Position numbers and translations under genes: made by a program. Below are positions 24,687 to 34,606 of a stretch of DNA of 39,773 bases, piece after piece (position 1 is the first letter of the stretch; each line of letters begins with the position of its first letter). The notes beneath the pieces were generated by a model. The model was not told the origin of the DNA, ran no database searches, and saw only the letters and a list, made by a program, of their open reading frames with translations. The DNA lies in the NCBI GenBank assembly GCA_964583985.1, contig CAZOYD010000029.1, forward strand, positions 1-39,773. Reading direction: 5' to 3'. This stretch comes from an uncultured archaeon (GTDB lineage Archaea > Asgardarchaeota > Lokiarchaeia > Sigyniarchaeales > SOKP01).

Positions 24687-25838
24687 ATGGTAAAAAAAAA
24701 ACAGAAAGCGTTAGTAATTATTCTCATTGTTTTTTCTGTAATAGGTATGATTCATGGTTTAATTTCAGCTTCATTAAATAATTTTTTAACTTGGCTATTA
24801 ATTGGATTGTGGTTAATATTTACAATAAAAATTTATAATAATATCAAACGACACCGTGAGTTTAATTCCCCCCATAATACGGCTTTTTTCGTGATCATTC
24901 CTTTATTAATAGGAGTATTTTATTCTATCTGGGGATCATATACAGGAATTTTAGGCGAAAACTTGATATTAGGTTCTAATTTCTATTTTAGTTTATGGAG
25001 TCTCATATTTGGTTTGCCTTTTGTAATTTATGGTTCACACTCAATCTATCGATGTTTTAAAAAATATAATGTAATCTATTTTGGAACCAAGTCAGTGAAA
25101 GCGAAGGGGTTAGGCTATTTTTTGTCAATTTCAGTTATTATTGCCATCATTTCTTATTGGATTGCTTTTTATAATGTGAGTGAGTTTTATTCACCATTAA
25201 CACCACTCCGTTTTTCATTGGATCTTAACCTTTTGCTCCTACTCATTATTACTATTTTCAACCTAATCATTTTTGGCTTTATAAGTAACCGTTCCAATAT
25301 ACCAGAATTAACACGTGATTATATCGCACAACGTACTAGGCGAATTAATAACTTAACTACCCCATCAACACAAAATAACAGTACTCGTACAAGAACTCAA
25401 ACAATTCAAACACCAACAAGAACAACCAGAACAACACGCACAACCACCACAAGACCCCGATCTATAAATGCACCTACATCTAGTTCTCGATCAACGAAAA
25501 CGCAAACAACTAAATCAGTTCGATCTCAAAGAACAATAAATGCCCCTAAAATTCGGGATTTTAGCAAATTTAAACCCAAAGGTTCGTTAATCTCAGAAGA
25601 CGACTTCAAGTGTATATTCTGCTTTAAACTACCTAAACTTCCAGAGGATAAAAATAAAGGAATCGTAATCTGTCCAAACTGCAGATATCCTGCTCATGCT
25701 GACGAATTTATAGCTTGGATGAAAACTTCAAATCTTTGTTCTCGTTGCAGTGCTCCCATTCCGTCAGGTTTTAGACGAAATCCTCGGATTATCACTACAA
25801 AAAATTATATTGCTATCTACAGACATTTTCTAAAATAA
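24687..25838 (+). CDS. Polytopic membrane protein (about 6 TM) with Thr/Arg-rich linker and C-terminal RING-like domain; putative membrane E3 ligase
   Basis: Six hydrophobic segments; CIFC...CPNC....HADE...W.....CSRC; last gene of the Ubl-E1-E2-JAMM operon. Confidence 0.8.
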   Translation: MVKKKQKALVIILIVFSVIGMIHGLISASLNNFLTWLLIGLWLIFTIKIYNNIKRHREFNSPHNTAFFVIIPLLIGVFYSIWGSYTGILGENLILGSNFYFSLWSLIFGLPFVIYGSHSIYRCFKKYNVIYFGTKSVKAKGLGYFLSISVIIAIISYWIAFYNVSEFYSPLTPLRFSLDLNLLLLLIITIFNLIIFGFISNRSNIPELTRDYIAQRTRRINNLTTPSTQNNSTRTRTQTIQTPTRTTRTTRTTTTRPRSINAPTSSSRSTKTQTTKSVRSQRTINAPKIRDFSKFKPKGSLISEDDFKCIFCFKLPKLPEDKNKGIVICPNCRYPAHADEFIAWMKTSNLCSRCSAPIPSGFRRNPRIITTKNYIAIYRHFLK

Positions 25839-25978
25839 TTTACTTAAAAGATTTTTTTTTAAGCTAAGCTTGAACCAATATAAGAGTTTTATAGATGATT
25901 TAGAGAAACTCACAAATTAATTCATAGTCAAAAAATGTATTGTAAAATAATATAAGATTTCAATTCGAGTTCTCTAAG

Positions 25979-27157
25979 TTATAAGCCCAAAAAACCCTTC
26001 AATAGTCCTTTCGAAAAATCTTTAACAAATCCTTTTGCTGCATCTTTTGATATTGATGTAATAAAACTATCTCTCTGTGTTTTACCTAATCTATAAGTTT
26101 GCCATTGTGGTTCAATTCTTGAGTAATTAGATAAATAGGAAGCCTTAAGAAATTTCTCAATTGCAATATCATCCTTTGAGCGAATTACACATTCGATAGC
26201 TTCAAGTTTCTTTCCTAATGTTAAATTTATAGAAGCTTTTAAACCCCAAGCTAAGCTTAAATCTGGGTCAATTTCGATAGCTTTATTAGCACAGCTCAAA
26301 GCAATATCCACATAGCTCTGGGTTTTATCATATGAATATAGAATAGTATATGCAAACCCTAAAAAACATAACGCATCTTGATGTTTTGGATTAATAATAA
26401 GTACTTTTTCAAAATAATGAATAGCATTTTTACAATTGAAGATGTTAAGTTCAATATCAATAGTTAAATCTATAGGTGACGGCTCTTTTACCTGATTAAT
26501 TGATAAAATACCAAGATAGTAATGAGAATATAGATCATCTTCATTTAGCAAAATGGCTTTTTTCAATTGTACTTCAGCATCTAGAAAGTTCTTCTGAAAA
26601 AAATAAACTCTACCAAGGTAATAACTTACTGATTTATAATCAAGTTGTACTTGGATAACTCTTTTAAACCAAGATTCGGCTTCTATATAACTTTGTTTTT
26701 TGTAATGTAATATACCAAGATAATACCAAGCGTCAATATATCCATTATCCAAACCAAGAACTTGATTAAATTGTAGCTCAGCATCTTCATATCTCTTCAT
26801 TTCTAAGTATGTACGGCCTAGAGCGTGAACTGAACGGATATAATTCACATCAATTTCAAGTGCTTTTTTGTACTGTTGTTCAGCATTAACGTAATTTCTT
26901 TGCACAAAATAAAGATTTGCAAGATTATATCGCGCATATTTATTATTTGGATCTAATTGTAGAGTTTTTATGAAACAGCGCTCTGCATCATTATACTTTT
27001 TTTGTTCTTGGTATGCACGACTGAGATAATATTGTGCATCAACATGATTTTCATCTAATTCTAGCACTTTTTTAAAAATGGTTTCAGCATCAACATAATT
27101 TCGTTCGTCAAGACTTTTCGATCCAAGTTTGTATAATTCATTTACTTGGTTTTCCAT
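25979..27157 (-). CDS. Tetratricopeptide repeat protein
   Basis: Repeated A.Y.LG..Y....Y.DAE..F.K.L.LD units. Confidence 0.9.
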   Translation of the reverse strand: MENQVNELYKLGSKSLDERNYVDAETIFKKVLELDENHVDAQYYLSRAYQEQKKYNDAERCFIKTLQLDPNNKYARYNLANLYFVQRNYVNAEQQYKKALEIDVNYIRSVHALGRTYLEMKRYEDAELQFNQVLGLDNGYIDAWYYLGILHYKKQSYIEAESWFKRVIQVQLDYKSVSYYLGRVYFFQKNFLDAEVQLKKAILLNEDDLYSHYYLGILSINQVKEPSPIDLTIDIELNIFNCKNAIHYFEKVLIINPKHQDALCFLGFAYTILYSYDKTQSYVDIALSCANKAIEIDPDLSLAWGLKASINLTLGKKLEAIECVIRSKDDIAIEKFLKASYLSNYSRIEPQWQTYRLGKTQRDSFITSISKDAAKGFVKDFSKGLLKGFLGL

Positions 27158-27477
27158 AATTAAACCATCTCAATTAAAAGATAAGAGATTCTAAGATGTA
27201 CTTAAGTACTTATAATTTAATAATTTTGTTAGGATTAATAGGAAGAAATTTCGAAAAAATCAAGTAAAATGTTTAGAATGGGAATAAATACATCGAAATC
27301 TTCTAATTTACAGTAAAAGGCGACTCAATTTAATTTGCTTGCTCATAGTTTTGCTAAAGGTAGGATTATTTTTTGTCTTTTTCGACATAATATTGGTAGA
27401 TTATTATTATTGAATTTCTAAAAAATATTTTATATGCAACCAAGTCTTTTTCAAATTAATAATTAAACATTTTCTAA

Positions 27478-28434
27478 GTGAAAAACATCCCTAAATTCAA
27501 AAAAGATTTGCAAAACTCTGGTTCTGCCATATCCATTGGAATTGACAAGGTTGGTATTATTGGAGTCGACAAGAAAGTTGAAATTGTTCAAAAGAATAAA
27601 CGCTACTCTTTCTACCCTAAAATCTCAGCATTAATATCGCTCCCACCAAATCAGAGAGGGATACACATGAGCCGTAGCAGTGAAACCATAGAAGAAGTTA
27701 TCAATGAAAGTGTATACAAGCCAGCTTCTACAATTGAAATGGTATCAGATAGAATAGCAAGAAAGTTATTCAAGGAGCATCCATATACAACGAAAATCGA
27801 AGTCAAACTTGAGGGCAAGATGATTATCCAATTAAAGGAAAACAATCATCGAGTAATCCAGAAAACTTATGATGTAAGTTCACTGGTGTATGGAACTAGA
27901 ACCGAGTTGGGTGAAGAAGAATTTAATTATTTTATTGGTGCTAAGGCAATGGGCATGTCATGCTGTCCCTGTGCCATCGATCTCAGTAAAGAATACGCTG
28001 AATCGGTCATGAAAAACAGGGAGGATATCAACATCTCAAATGAAGATATTAACACGCTCTTAAACATTTTACCCTTTTCATCTCATAATCAGAGAACTAT
28101 AGGTTCTATAACAGTTCAGATTAAAGATATCGACAAGCAACAAATTGACGTTCTTGACATTATCGATGTTATTGAGGAGTCAATGAGTGGGAGGATTCAA
28201 AGTGTTTTAAAGCGACCAGATGAAGCGCAATTAGTACGAACTGCCCATCTTAATCCCCTATTTGCCGAAGATATCGTGAGAGGGATGGCAAAAAATTTCT
28301 ACGCTAAAGGATTTCCGGATCTAGGTGAAGGAGAGATCATTTTTCAAGTAGAAAGTTTTGAGTCTATCCATCCCTATAATGTATATTGCGAGTTAAAAAT
28401 GAATTATTCCGAGCTCGAAAAAATGATGAAATGA
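27478..28434 (+). CDS. mptA: GTP cyclohydrolase MptA (FolE2 family, methanopterin)
   Basis: QRGIHMSRS, GMSCCPCA, SHNQR, LKRPDE, NPLFAEDIVR, ESIHP. Confidence 0.9.
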   Translation: MKNIPKFKKDLQNSGSAISIGIDKVGIIGVDKKVEIVQKNKRYSFYPKISALISLPPNQRGIHMSRSSETIEEVINESVYKPASTIEMVSDRIARKLFKEHPYTTKIEVKLEGKMIIQLKENNHRVIQKTYDVSSLVYGTRTELGEEEFNYFIGAKAMGMSCCPCAIDLSKEYAESVMKNREDINISNEDINTLLNILPFSSHNQRTIGSITVQIKDIDKQQIDVLDIIDVIEESMSGRIQSVLKRPDEAQLVRTAHLNPLFAEDIVRGMAKNFYAKGFPDLGEGEIIFQVESFESIHPYNVYCELKMNYSELEKMMK

Positions 28435-28549
28435 GCTTTTTGAATTAATATTTACTTTTATGAAAAGAGATTCATTTTTTAAATTTCTTTAACTTCTAAC
28501 TTATTAGCCCCAAAAGTTTATTTTTTAATTAAAGTCCCAAAAATGAAAT

Positions 28550-29719
28550 TTGGAAAGCAATATGAGTGAAAACGTAATTAAATGCGATTATGGACTCATA
28601 GGAGATGACTTGGAATTAAAAAAAGATATAGAAATAAAGACTAATAAAGAGGGGAGAATATCACAGCTATCATTTAGCACTCCTGAGAATAAATTGAAGC
28701 TGGAAGATTCTCAAACCATTCTCATGATACCGGGGTTAATCAATTCTCACATACATGTTGGAGATAGCTTTGCTAAAGAAAAAGGGTATAATAAGAATTT
28801 AGCTGAAGTTGTTGCACCTCCTGATGGCATTAAGCATTTACTTTTAAGGGAGACTCCAATGAATGTAAAAAGCCAAGGCATTCTGAAAACTGCCGAAGAT
28901 TTATTACACAATGGAATAACTTGCTTTATGGATTTTCGAGAACATGGTTTGGAAGGTATTAACTTATTGAAAAAGGTTTTATTAAATTTTCCCATTGATT
29001 ATTTCTTATTCGGTCGATTTGATGATAAAGAACAGGTATGCCCTGTCTATGATCTCGCCGATGGAATTGGTTTGGTTACTTATAACCAAGTAACTCCTTC
29101 AATTCAAGAGGAGTTAAAGATTTGCAAAAAAAGTGGGAAAAAAAAGATCGCTTGTCATTGTGGCGAGAATACAAGGGATATTGCTTTAATAGAAAGGATC
29201 ATTGATGAAGGATTAGTTGATATTCTTGTACATGGAACTCAATTTATTGAAGAAGATTTGGTAAAAATCAAAGATCACGATCTTTCACTAATAATATGTC
29301 CTCGTTGTAATGGATATTTTGGTGTTGGATTTCCTCCAATTTCACCAATTTTGAAGTTAAAAATGCAAATTTCTATTGGTAGTGATAATGTAATGGCAAA
29401 TAGTCCGGATTTATTTGAAGAACTAAGATATCTATATAGAGTTTCGAGGGTTATTGATAAAACCCAATTATTAGAGCCAAAAACTCTGTTAAGCATGATC
29501 ACAATCAATGCTGCTAAAATTTTTGAATTAGAAAATGACATTGGAAGTATTAAAAAAGGCAAATATGCTAATTTTTTTACAGTAAATCTTAATGATCCTA
29601 ACTTACATGTATATCCACTAGAAATTCAAGATATATATCGACTAATTGTGCAACGAATTAAATCATCTAACATATTAAAAACATATTATAGAGGTAACGC
29701 TGTTTTTGAACGAAATTAA
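28550..29719 (+). CDS. Metal-dependent amidohydrolase/deaminase (likely start 28562)
   Basis: PGLINSHIHVGDS, HCGE, LVHGT, CPRCN, GSDN, TINAA, GSIKKGKYAN. Confidence 0.85.
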   Translation: MESNMSENVIKCDYGLIGDDLELKKDIEIKTNKEGRISQLSFSTPENKLKLEDSQTILMIPGLINSHIHVGDSFAKEKGYNKNLAEVVAPPDGIKHLLLRETPMNVKSQGILKTAEDLLHNGITCFMDFREHGLEGINLLKKVLLNFPIDYFLFGRFDDKEQVCPVYDLADGIGLVTYNQVTPSIQEELKICKKSGKKKIACHCGENTRDIALIERIIDEGLVDILVHGTQFIEEDLVKIKDHDLSLIICPRCNGYFGVGFPPISPILKLKMQISIGSDNVMANSPDLFEELRYLYRVSRVIDKTQLLEPKTLLSMITINAAKIFELENDIGSIKKGKYANFFTVNLNDPNLHVYPLEIQDIYRLIVQRIKSSNILKTYYRGNAVFERN

Positions 29720-30377
29720 AAAACCTTATATTATATTAAGTGCCGCAATGACGATAGATGGAAAGATTGCTTCTAAAGATGGTGATACGGATATATCAGA
29801 TGAACATGATTGGAAAGAAGTTCACAAATTAAGATCTGAAGTTGATGGGATATGTGTTGGTAAGGGTACAATTATTAAAGATAATCCAAAACTACACATA
29901 AAATACCATGATCATAATGGATATTATAGGATAATTATTGATAGCAACTTAAGCACACCCATTAATTCAAATGTAATTGAATTCAATCCAAAATTATATC
30001 CAACGATCATATGCACTACTGAAAATGTTGATGAGGAAAGCGTTAAATTATTTGAATCAAAAGGGATAAAAATAATAAAATCTGGAAAGAATTCAAGAGT
30101 GAATATTGTAAAACTCATTCCCAAACTCTATAATATGGGCATTAAGTCAATATTACTAGAAGGGGGTGGTACACTCAATTGGGCATTTATTAAACATGAT
30201 CTTATCGATGAAATAAGATTAACAATTGCACCTTGGATTGTTGGTGGCAAAAATGCAATAAGTTTAGTTGAGGGAGAAGGGTTTTCAAAAATGGTAGAAA
30301 GTGCCAAATTTTCACTAGTCAAGGTTAAAGAAAGAAATAATTATGTAGTTATATATTATGAGAAAGCAGCAAGATGA
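29706..30377 (+). CDS. arfC: 2,5-diamino-6-(ribosylamino)-4(3H)-pyrimidinone 5'-phosphate reductase (RibD C-terminal-like)
   Basis: KPYIILSAAMTIDGKIA, VGKGTIIKDNPKL, ILLEGGGTLN, IDEIRLTIAP; no deaminase domain. Confidence 0.88.
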   Translation: MNEIKKPYIILSAAMTIDGKIASKDGDTDISDEHDWKEVHKLRSEVDGICVGKGTIIKDNPKLHIKYHDHNGYYRIIIDSNLSTPINSNVIEFNPKLYPTIICTTENVDEESVKLFESKGIKIIKSGKNSRVNIVKLIPKLYNMGIKSILLEGGGTLNWAFIKHDLIDEIRLTIAPWIVGGKNAISLVEGEGFSKMVESAKFSLVKVKERNNYVVIYYEKAAR

Positions 30378-31474
30378 TAAAAGAAAAAACTATTTCAGAA
30401 TATAAGGATTTATCATTAAAAAAATTAAAATTGAAGGTTTCTGAAATCCAGAACTTGAAATCTTCCGAGGAACGAAATGTGATTTCATTTTCTAAAAATT
30501 TTACTTTATCTCTTTCTAATTATTGCCAAAATCAGTGTGGATATTGTTATTATAATCAACACATTCCCAAGTCTGACAAAGATGAAAATGTAGCTTTAAT
30601 TAAAAGTGAGAAAATTGAGGAACTTATAAATCAAGGGGTTAAATACCATTGCAAGGAAGCCTTATTGATGTCAGGTGAAAATCCTGAGAAATTTGAAATC
30701 GTTCAAAAAGAACTGAAAGAGAGGAATTTTGAAAATTTTATTGATTTTATCATCCAACTTAGCAAGTTATTATTAGATAATAACGTTTTTCCACACACTA
30801 ACATAGGAGTAATCCCTTATGAAGATTTAATGGAGTTAAAGAAATATAATGCCAGCATGGGATTAATGTTAGAAAGTACATGTCAACAATTAAATCAAAT
30901 AGGAGGAGTGCATGAGCATTCTCCAAATAAAGCCCCGGCAATCAGAATTAATCACATTAAGAATGCGGGTAAATTAAAAATTCCTTTTACAACTGGACTC
31001 CTAATTGGAATAGGAGAAAGTTTTGAGGATAGAGTTAATTCGCTATATACAATAAAAGATATTCATCTTGAATTTGGACATATTCAGGAAGTGATAATAC
31101 AAAATTTCGTTTATAAAAAAGGGATTCCTTATGTCCCAAACAAGCATTTAAAGATTGATGAGCTATTAAGAATTACTGGAGTAGCACGATTAGTATTTGG
31201 GAATGAAATACCAATCCAAGTTCCTCCTAATCTAATTAAAGGTTATGAGAAGGAATTTATAGATATGGGAATCGATGATTTTGGAGGAATATCGCCTTTA
31301 ACTATGGATTATATTAATCCAGCCCAGCCTTGGCCCAATATAGAAGAATTATACCAAATTTGTTCTAAAAATGGTTTTCATTTAAAAGAAAGACTTCCTA
31401 TTTATGATAAATTTATCAATAAGGAAGGATTTATTTCAGAAAATATTAAAAAAATACTTCGAGTAATTAATTAG
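30374..31474 (+). CDS. cofG: FO synthase subunit 1 (radical SAM)
   Basis: CQNQCGYC, PHTNIG, SMGLMLES, IPFTTGLLIGIGE, HIQEVIIQNF, QVPPNL, DDFGGISP..DYINP..PWP. Confidence 0.93.
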   Translation: MIKEKTISEYKDLSLKKLKLKVSEIQNLKSSEERNVISFSKNFTLSLSNYCQNQCGYCYYNQHIPKSDKDENVALIKSEKIEELINQGVKYHCKEALLMSGENPEKFEIVQKELKERNFENFIDFIIQLSKLLLDNNVFPHTNIGVIPYEDLMELKKYNASMGLMLESTCQQLNQIGGVHEHSPNKAPAIRINHIKNAGKLKIPFTTGLLIGIGESFEDRVNSLYTIKDIHLEFGHIQEVIIQNFVYKKGIPYVPNKHLKIDELLRITGVARLVFGNEIPIQVPPNLIKGYEKEFIDMGIDDFGGISPLTMDYINPAQPWPNIEELYQICSKNGFHLKERLPIYDKFINKEGFISENIKKILRVIN

Positions 31475-32605
31475 ATGTCCGACACGTGTTGTATTGATCA
31501 AATAAACTCCGATATTAAAAAGATTTTGAGAAAGTCGCTAAATTCTGAAGAAATTGATAAAGAAGAAGCACTTAAATTATTAAAAGTGACAGGAAAAGAA
31601 TTCTTTGCTCTTCAACAAGTTGCTGATCAATTATGTCATGAAAAAAAAGAAGATCTTGTGACATTTATTATAAATCGAAATATCAATTTTACAAATGTTT
31701 GTTATCAATCTTGTAAATTTTGCTCTTTCAGCGTTTCTGCTAACGATAAAAATGCATTCTTATTAACACCTGATGTTATTAAAAATAAAGTAGAAGAAGC
31801 AAAAAAAGCGAACTGTAGTGAAGTTTGTATTCAAGGAGGAATCAATCCTGAAGTAAATTTTCAATATTACATTGATTTACTCAAATCTGTAAAAGAAATC
31901 GATCCTAAGATCCATATACATGCATTTTCTCCACAAGAAGTGTGGTTCATGTCAAAATTATATAAATCTTCAGTTGATGATGTTTTAAAAGAACTAAAAA
32001 AAGCAGGACTTGATTCAATGCCAGGCACTGCAGCAGAAATTCTTGTTGATAAAATAAGAAAAGAAATTTGTCCAAATAAAATTTCAACAGATCAATGGAT
32101 TACAATAATAAAGCAAGCTCACGATGAAAATATTCCAACTACATCTACGATGATGTATGGTCACATTGAAGGATTGAAAGATCGAATTGACCATTTGGAC
32201 ATATTAAGAGAAATTCAAAAGGGTACAAAGGGAATAACAGAATTTGTCCCTTTACCATTTATTAAAGATAATCCGTTTCTTTCAAAGCAAACTAAATACG
32301 CATTACAATGGAATCATGGAATTGATGATCTACGTTTATTTTGCGTAGCTCGAATTTATTTTAATAATTATATTGATAACATTCAATGTTCATGGGTGAA
32401 ATTAGGTCCTAAATTTGCACAAATATCACTTAATTATGGAGTTAACGATTTTTCGGGCACTTTAATGGAAGAAAATATCTCAAAAAGCGCTGGTGCGGAA
32501 TTTGGAGAATATTTATCCCCTCAAGAAATTATTGATATAATTAAATCTGCAGGAAAAATACCTGCTCAACGAGATACAACATATCATATTTTGAAACGTT
32601 TTTAG
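31475..32605 (+). CDS. cofH: FO synthase subunit 2 (radical SAM)
   Basis: NRNINFTNVC...CKFC, EVCIQGG, HAFSPQE, SMPGTAAEIL, TMMYGHIE, EFVPLPF, SWVKLG, NDFSGTLMEENIS. Confidence 0.93.
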   Translation: MSDTCCIDQINSDIKKILRKSLNSEEIDKEEALKLLKVTGKEFFALQQVADQLCHEKKEDLVTFIINRNINFTNVCYQSCKFCSFSVSANDKNAFLLTPDVIKNKVEEAKKANCSEVCIQGGINPEVNFQYYIDLLKSVKEIDPKIHIHAFSPQEVWFMSKLYKSSVDDVLKELKKAGLDSMPGTAAEILVDKIRKEICPNKISTDQWITIIKQAHDENIPTTSTMMYGHIEGLKDRIDHLDILREIQKGTKGITEFVPLPFIKDNPFLSKQTKYALQWNHGIDDLRLFCVARIYFNNYIDNIQCSWVKLGPKFAQISLNYGVNDFSGTLMEENISKSAGAEFGEYLSPQEIIDIIKSAGKIPAQRDTTYHILKRF

Positions 32606-32729
32606 GATTTCATAATGAAAGGCAAAAAAACTATTATTAATAATTTAAAAATGCAAGCGGAGCGATTCTTCACGAAATTTTTAATTAAATGAGTAATTTC
32701 TATAAATTAAAATTCTATTAATTAGGGAA

Positions 32730-33023
32730 TTGAGAAAAATGATAACTCTTATAGCTACGATAAAAATAAAGGAAGGAAAAATAGATGATGCAATCGAATT
32801 ATTAAAAGAAATAGCTCCTAAAATTAAAGAAGCAGAATCTGGTTGCATCGAATACTTACCTCATACGGTAAAAGGTTCCAATAATACTATAATCTTTTAT
32901 GAAAAATACAAGGATAGCGAAGCATTGAAAAAACATAATGCGAACATCCCCAAATCCTTAGCGAAGTTATTACCTCTGTTAGAACCAGGAATGGACGTTA
33001 AAACATGCTTTGAAATATTATAA
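32730..33023 (+). CDS. Antibiotic biosynthesis monooxygenase (ABM)-family protein (likely start 32739)
   Basis: ITLIATIKIKEGK..., ESGCIEY, FYEKYKD.EALKKH. Confidence 0.85.
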   Translation: MRKMITLIATIKIKEGKIDDAIELLKEIAPKIKEAESGCIEYLPHTVKGSNNTIIFYEKYKDSEALKKHNANIPKSLAKLLPLLEPGMDVKTCFEIL

Positions 33024-33034
33024 TTTTTTTTATT

Positions 33035-34606
33035 TTAAACATCCTGAACATATGGTTTACCCATTTTTAAACAGTATTCCGCTTTACTTAGTTCTCTTCC
33101 AATATAATTGAGATGTTCCAAGTTTGTTGTTAGTTCTAAAAATATTATTTTTTTAGATAATGATTCTGCGTTATTACCTATAAGAATATTTATTAGTTTA
33201 TCGTCAACTGAATACTGCATTACATAAATTTGTTTAGAATAATGATCTACGTATAGTTTAAAGTAGCAATTTTCATCAGGAATGTAATCCAAATTAAGAT
33301 CTGTTACATAAATTGGATTTTGGAAATTCAGATCGGGTAAAGGCTGATTTATTTTTCCTTTCGATTTGAATATTTGAATTCCTTGGTTAATTGGGGGTGT
33401 ATTTCTTTGTTTGGCAAGGTAATTTAGTTCAATACATTTTTTAAGTTCTGCCACACCTCCCATCATTTTATTGCTATGTTCCACTGTAAAAAGGATACCC
33501 ATATCTAATTCAATCGCGATGCTTGCTAATAATCCATTAATACCCACTGAGTCGATGTCCATTAATTCGACTACGTTTGATATACCAAAGAACAATGGTA
33601 ATTCGAGAGATTTATATTCTGGTTTAGAAGTCTCCTTTTTGTAGAGGAAATAGGTTTCTAAAGAATTGCATATACCCGGTGTTATTGGTGTTTCTAGCAA
33701 TGGATCAGCAATTAATTTTTTAAATCCATAACCTAATAGTATTTTGGTTAATTCAAGTAAATTTTTAACTCTCGAATCTGGATCTTTAGGAAAATAACCT
33801 TCATTAATTCGTGTTGGAAGTAACACAATAGGAATCGTCTTTGGAATATCTAAAAATTCTTCAAAATTGCCTAAATCCAAGCTTAAAATCAGATCGATGT
33901 CATTATCAATCGCAGAAAAAATTTCATCAGAAGCCATAGAATCAATGCTAATAAGAACATCATGATTCCTCCTGATGAGTTGAATGATTTCTTTAATTCT
34001 GGTTGGATCGGGTTTATTCGCGATGCATCCGATATCAATTATATCCGCACCCGAATTGATATAATGTTTCACTTTTTTAAGAATTTCATCATCATTCTTT
34101 TTCGTACAATTTACGATTTCGGCAATAATGGGAGGTGGAAGTCCTTGCCCAATAATAAGATCAGATCTTTTTGAATTTATGTAATATGTGTTAAAACCAA
34201 GATTTTCTTTAGCATTTTTATATTTCTCATCAATTATTTGTTTTAATTTTACTTCCCCAGAAATTTCAATTATTCTGTTAGCAGGGACTGTATTTGAAAG
34301 CATTAGATTATCTAAATTGTTTAATATTACTGGCAAATCAGAAGCAAATTCAGGTCCTTTCTTGATATCAATGGAAAATTCTTGTTCTATTCCCGATGAA
34401 TCCCATTGGACAAATCCAGGTAATAAAATTAGATCATAATCTGAAAGATTAAGTTTTGCTAATATATTTCTTGTAATTTGTTGAGTAAGAAAAGCTGAAA
34501 TAGAAATAGGAGCTTTTTCCACCGAGATTTGATGCTTTTTAATCGAACTCACAATCTCTAAAATAATTGGAAAACTTTCTTGTCCAGTTATTATGAGTAT
34601 ATTAAT
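33035..34606 (-). CDS. Dihydropteroate synthase-related protein (archaeal methanopterin type) with C-terminal DUF4346-like domain; probable ATT start at 34606
   Basis: IAEIVN, GADIIDIG, ISIDS, IADPLL, GISNVVELMDIDSVGINGLLA, YIGRELSKAE, KPYVQD; the in-frame upstream extension (I)NILIITGQES matches the family's expected N-terminus. Confidence 0.85.
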   Translation of the reverse strand: MNILIITGQESFPIILEIVSSIKKHQISVEKAPISISAFLTQQITRNILAKLNLSDYDLILLPGFVQWDSSGIEQEFSIDIKKGPEFASDLPVILNNLDNLMLSNTVPANRIIEISGEVKLKQIIDEKYKNAKENLGFNTYYINSKRSDLIIGQGLPPPIIAEIVNCTKKNDDEILKKVKHYINSGADIIDIGCIANKPDPTRIKEIIQLIRRNHDVLISIDSMASDEIFSAIDNDIDLILSLDLGNFEEFLDIPKTIPIVLLPTRINEGYFPKDPDSRVKNLLELTKILLGYGFKKLIADPLLETPITPGICNSLETYFLYKKETSKPEYKSLELPLFFGISNVVELMDIDSVGINGLLASIAIELDMGILFTVEHSNKMMGGVAELKKCIELNYLAKQRNTPPINQGIQIFKSKGKINQPLPDLNFQNPIYVTDLNLDYIPDENCYFKLYVDHYSKQIYVMQYSVDDKLINILIGNNAESLSKKIIFLELTTNLEHLNYIGRELSKAEYCLKMGKPYVQDV

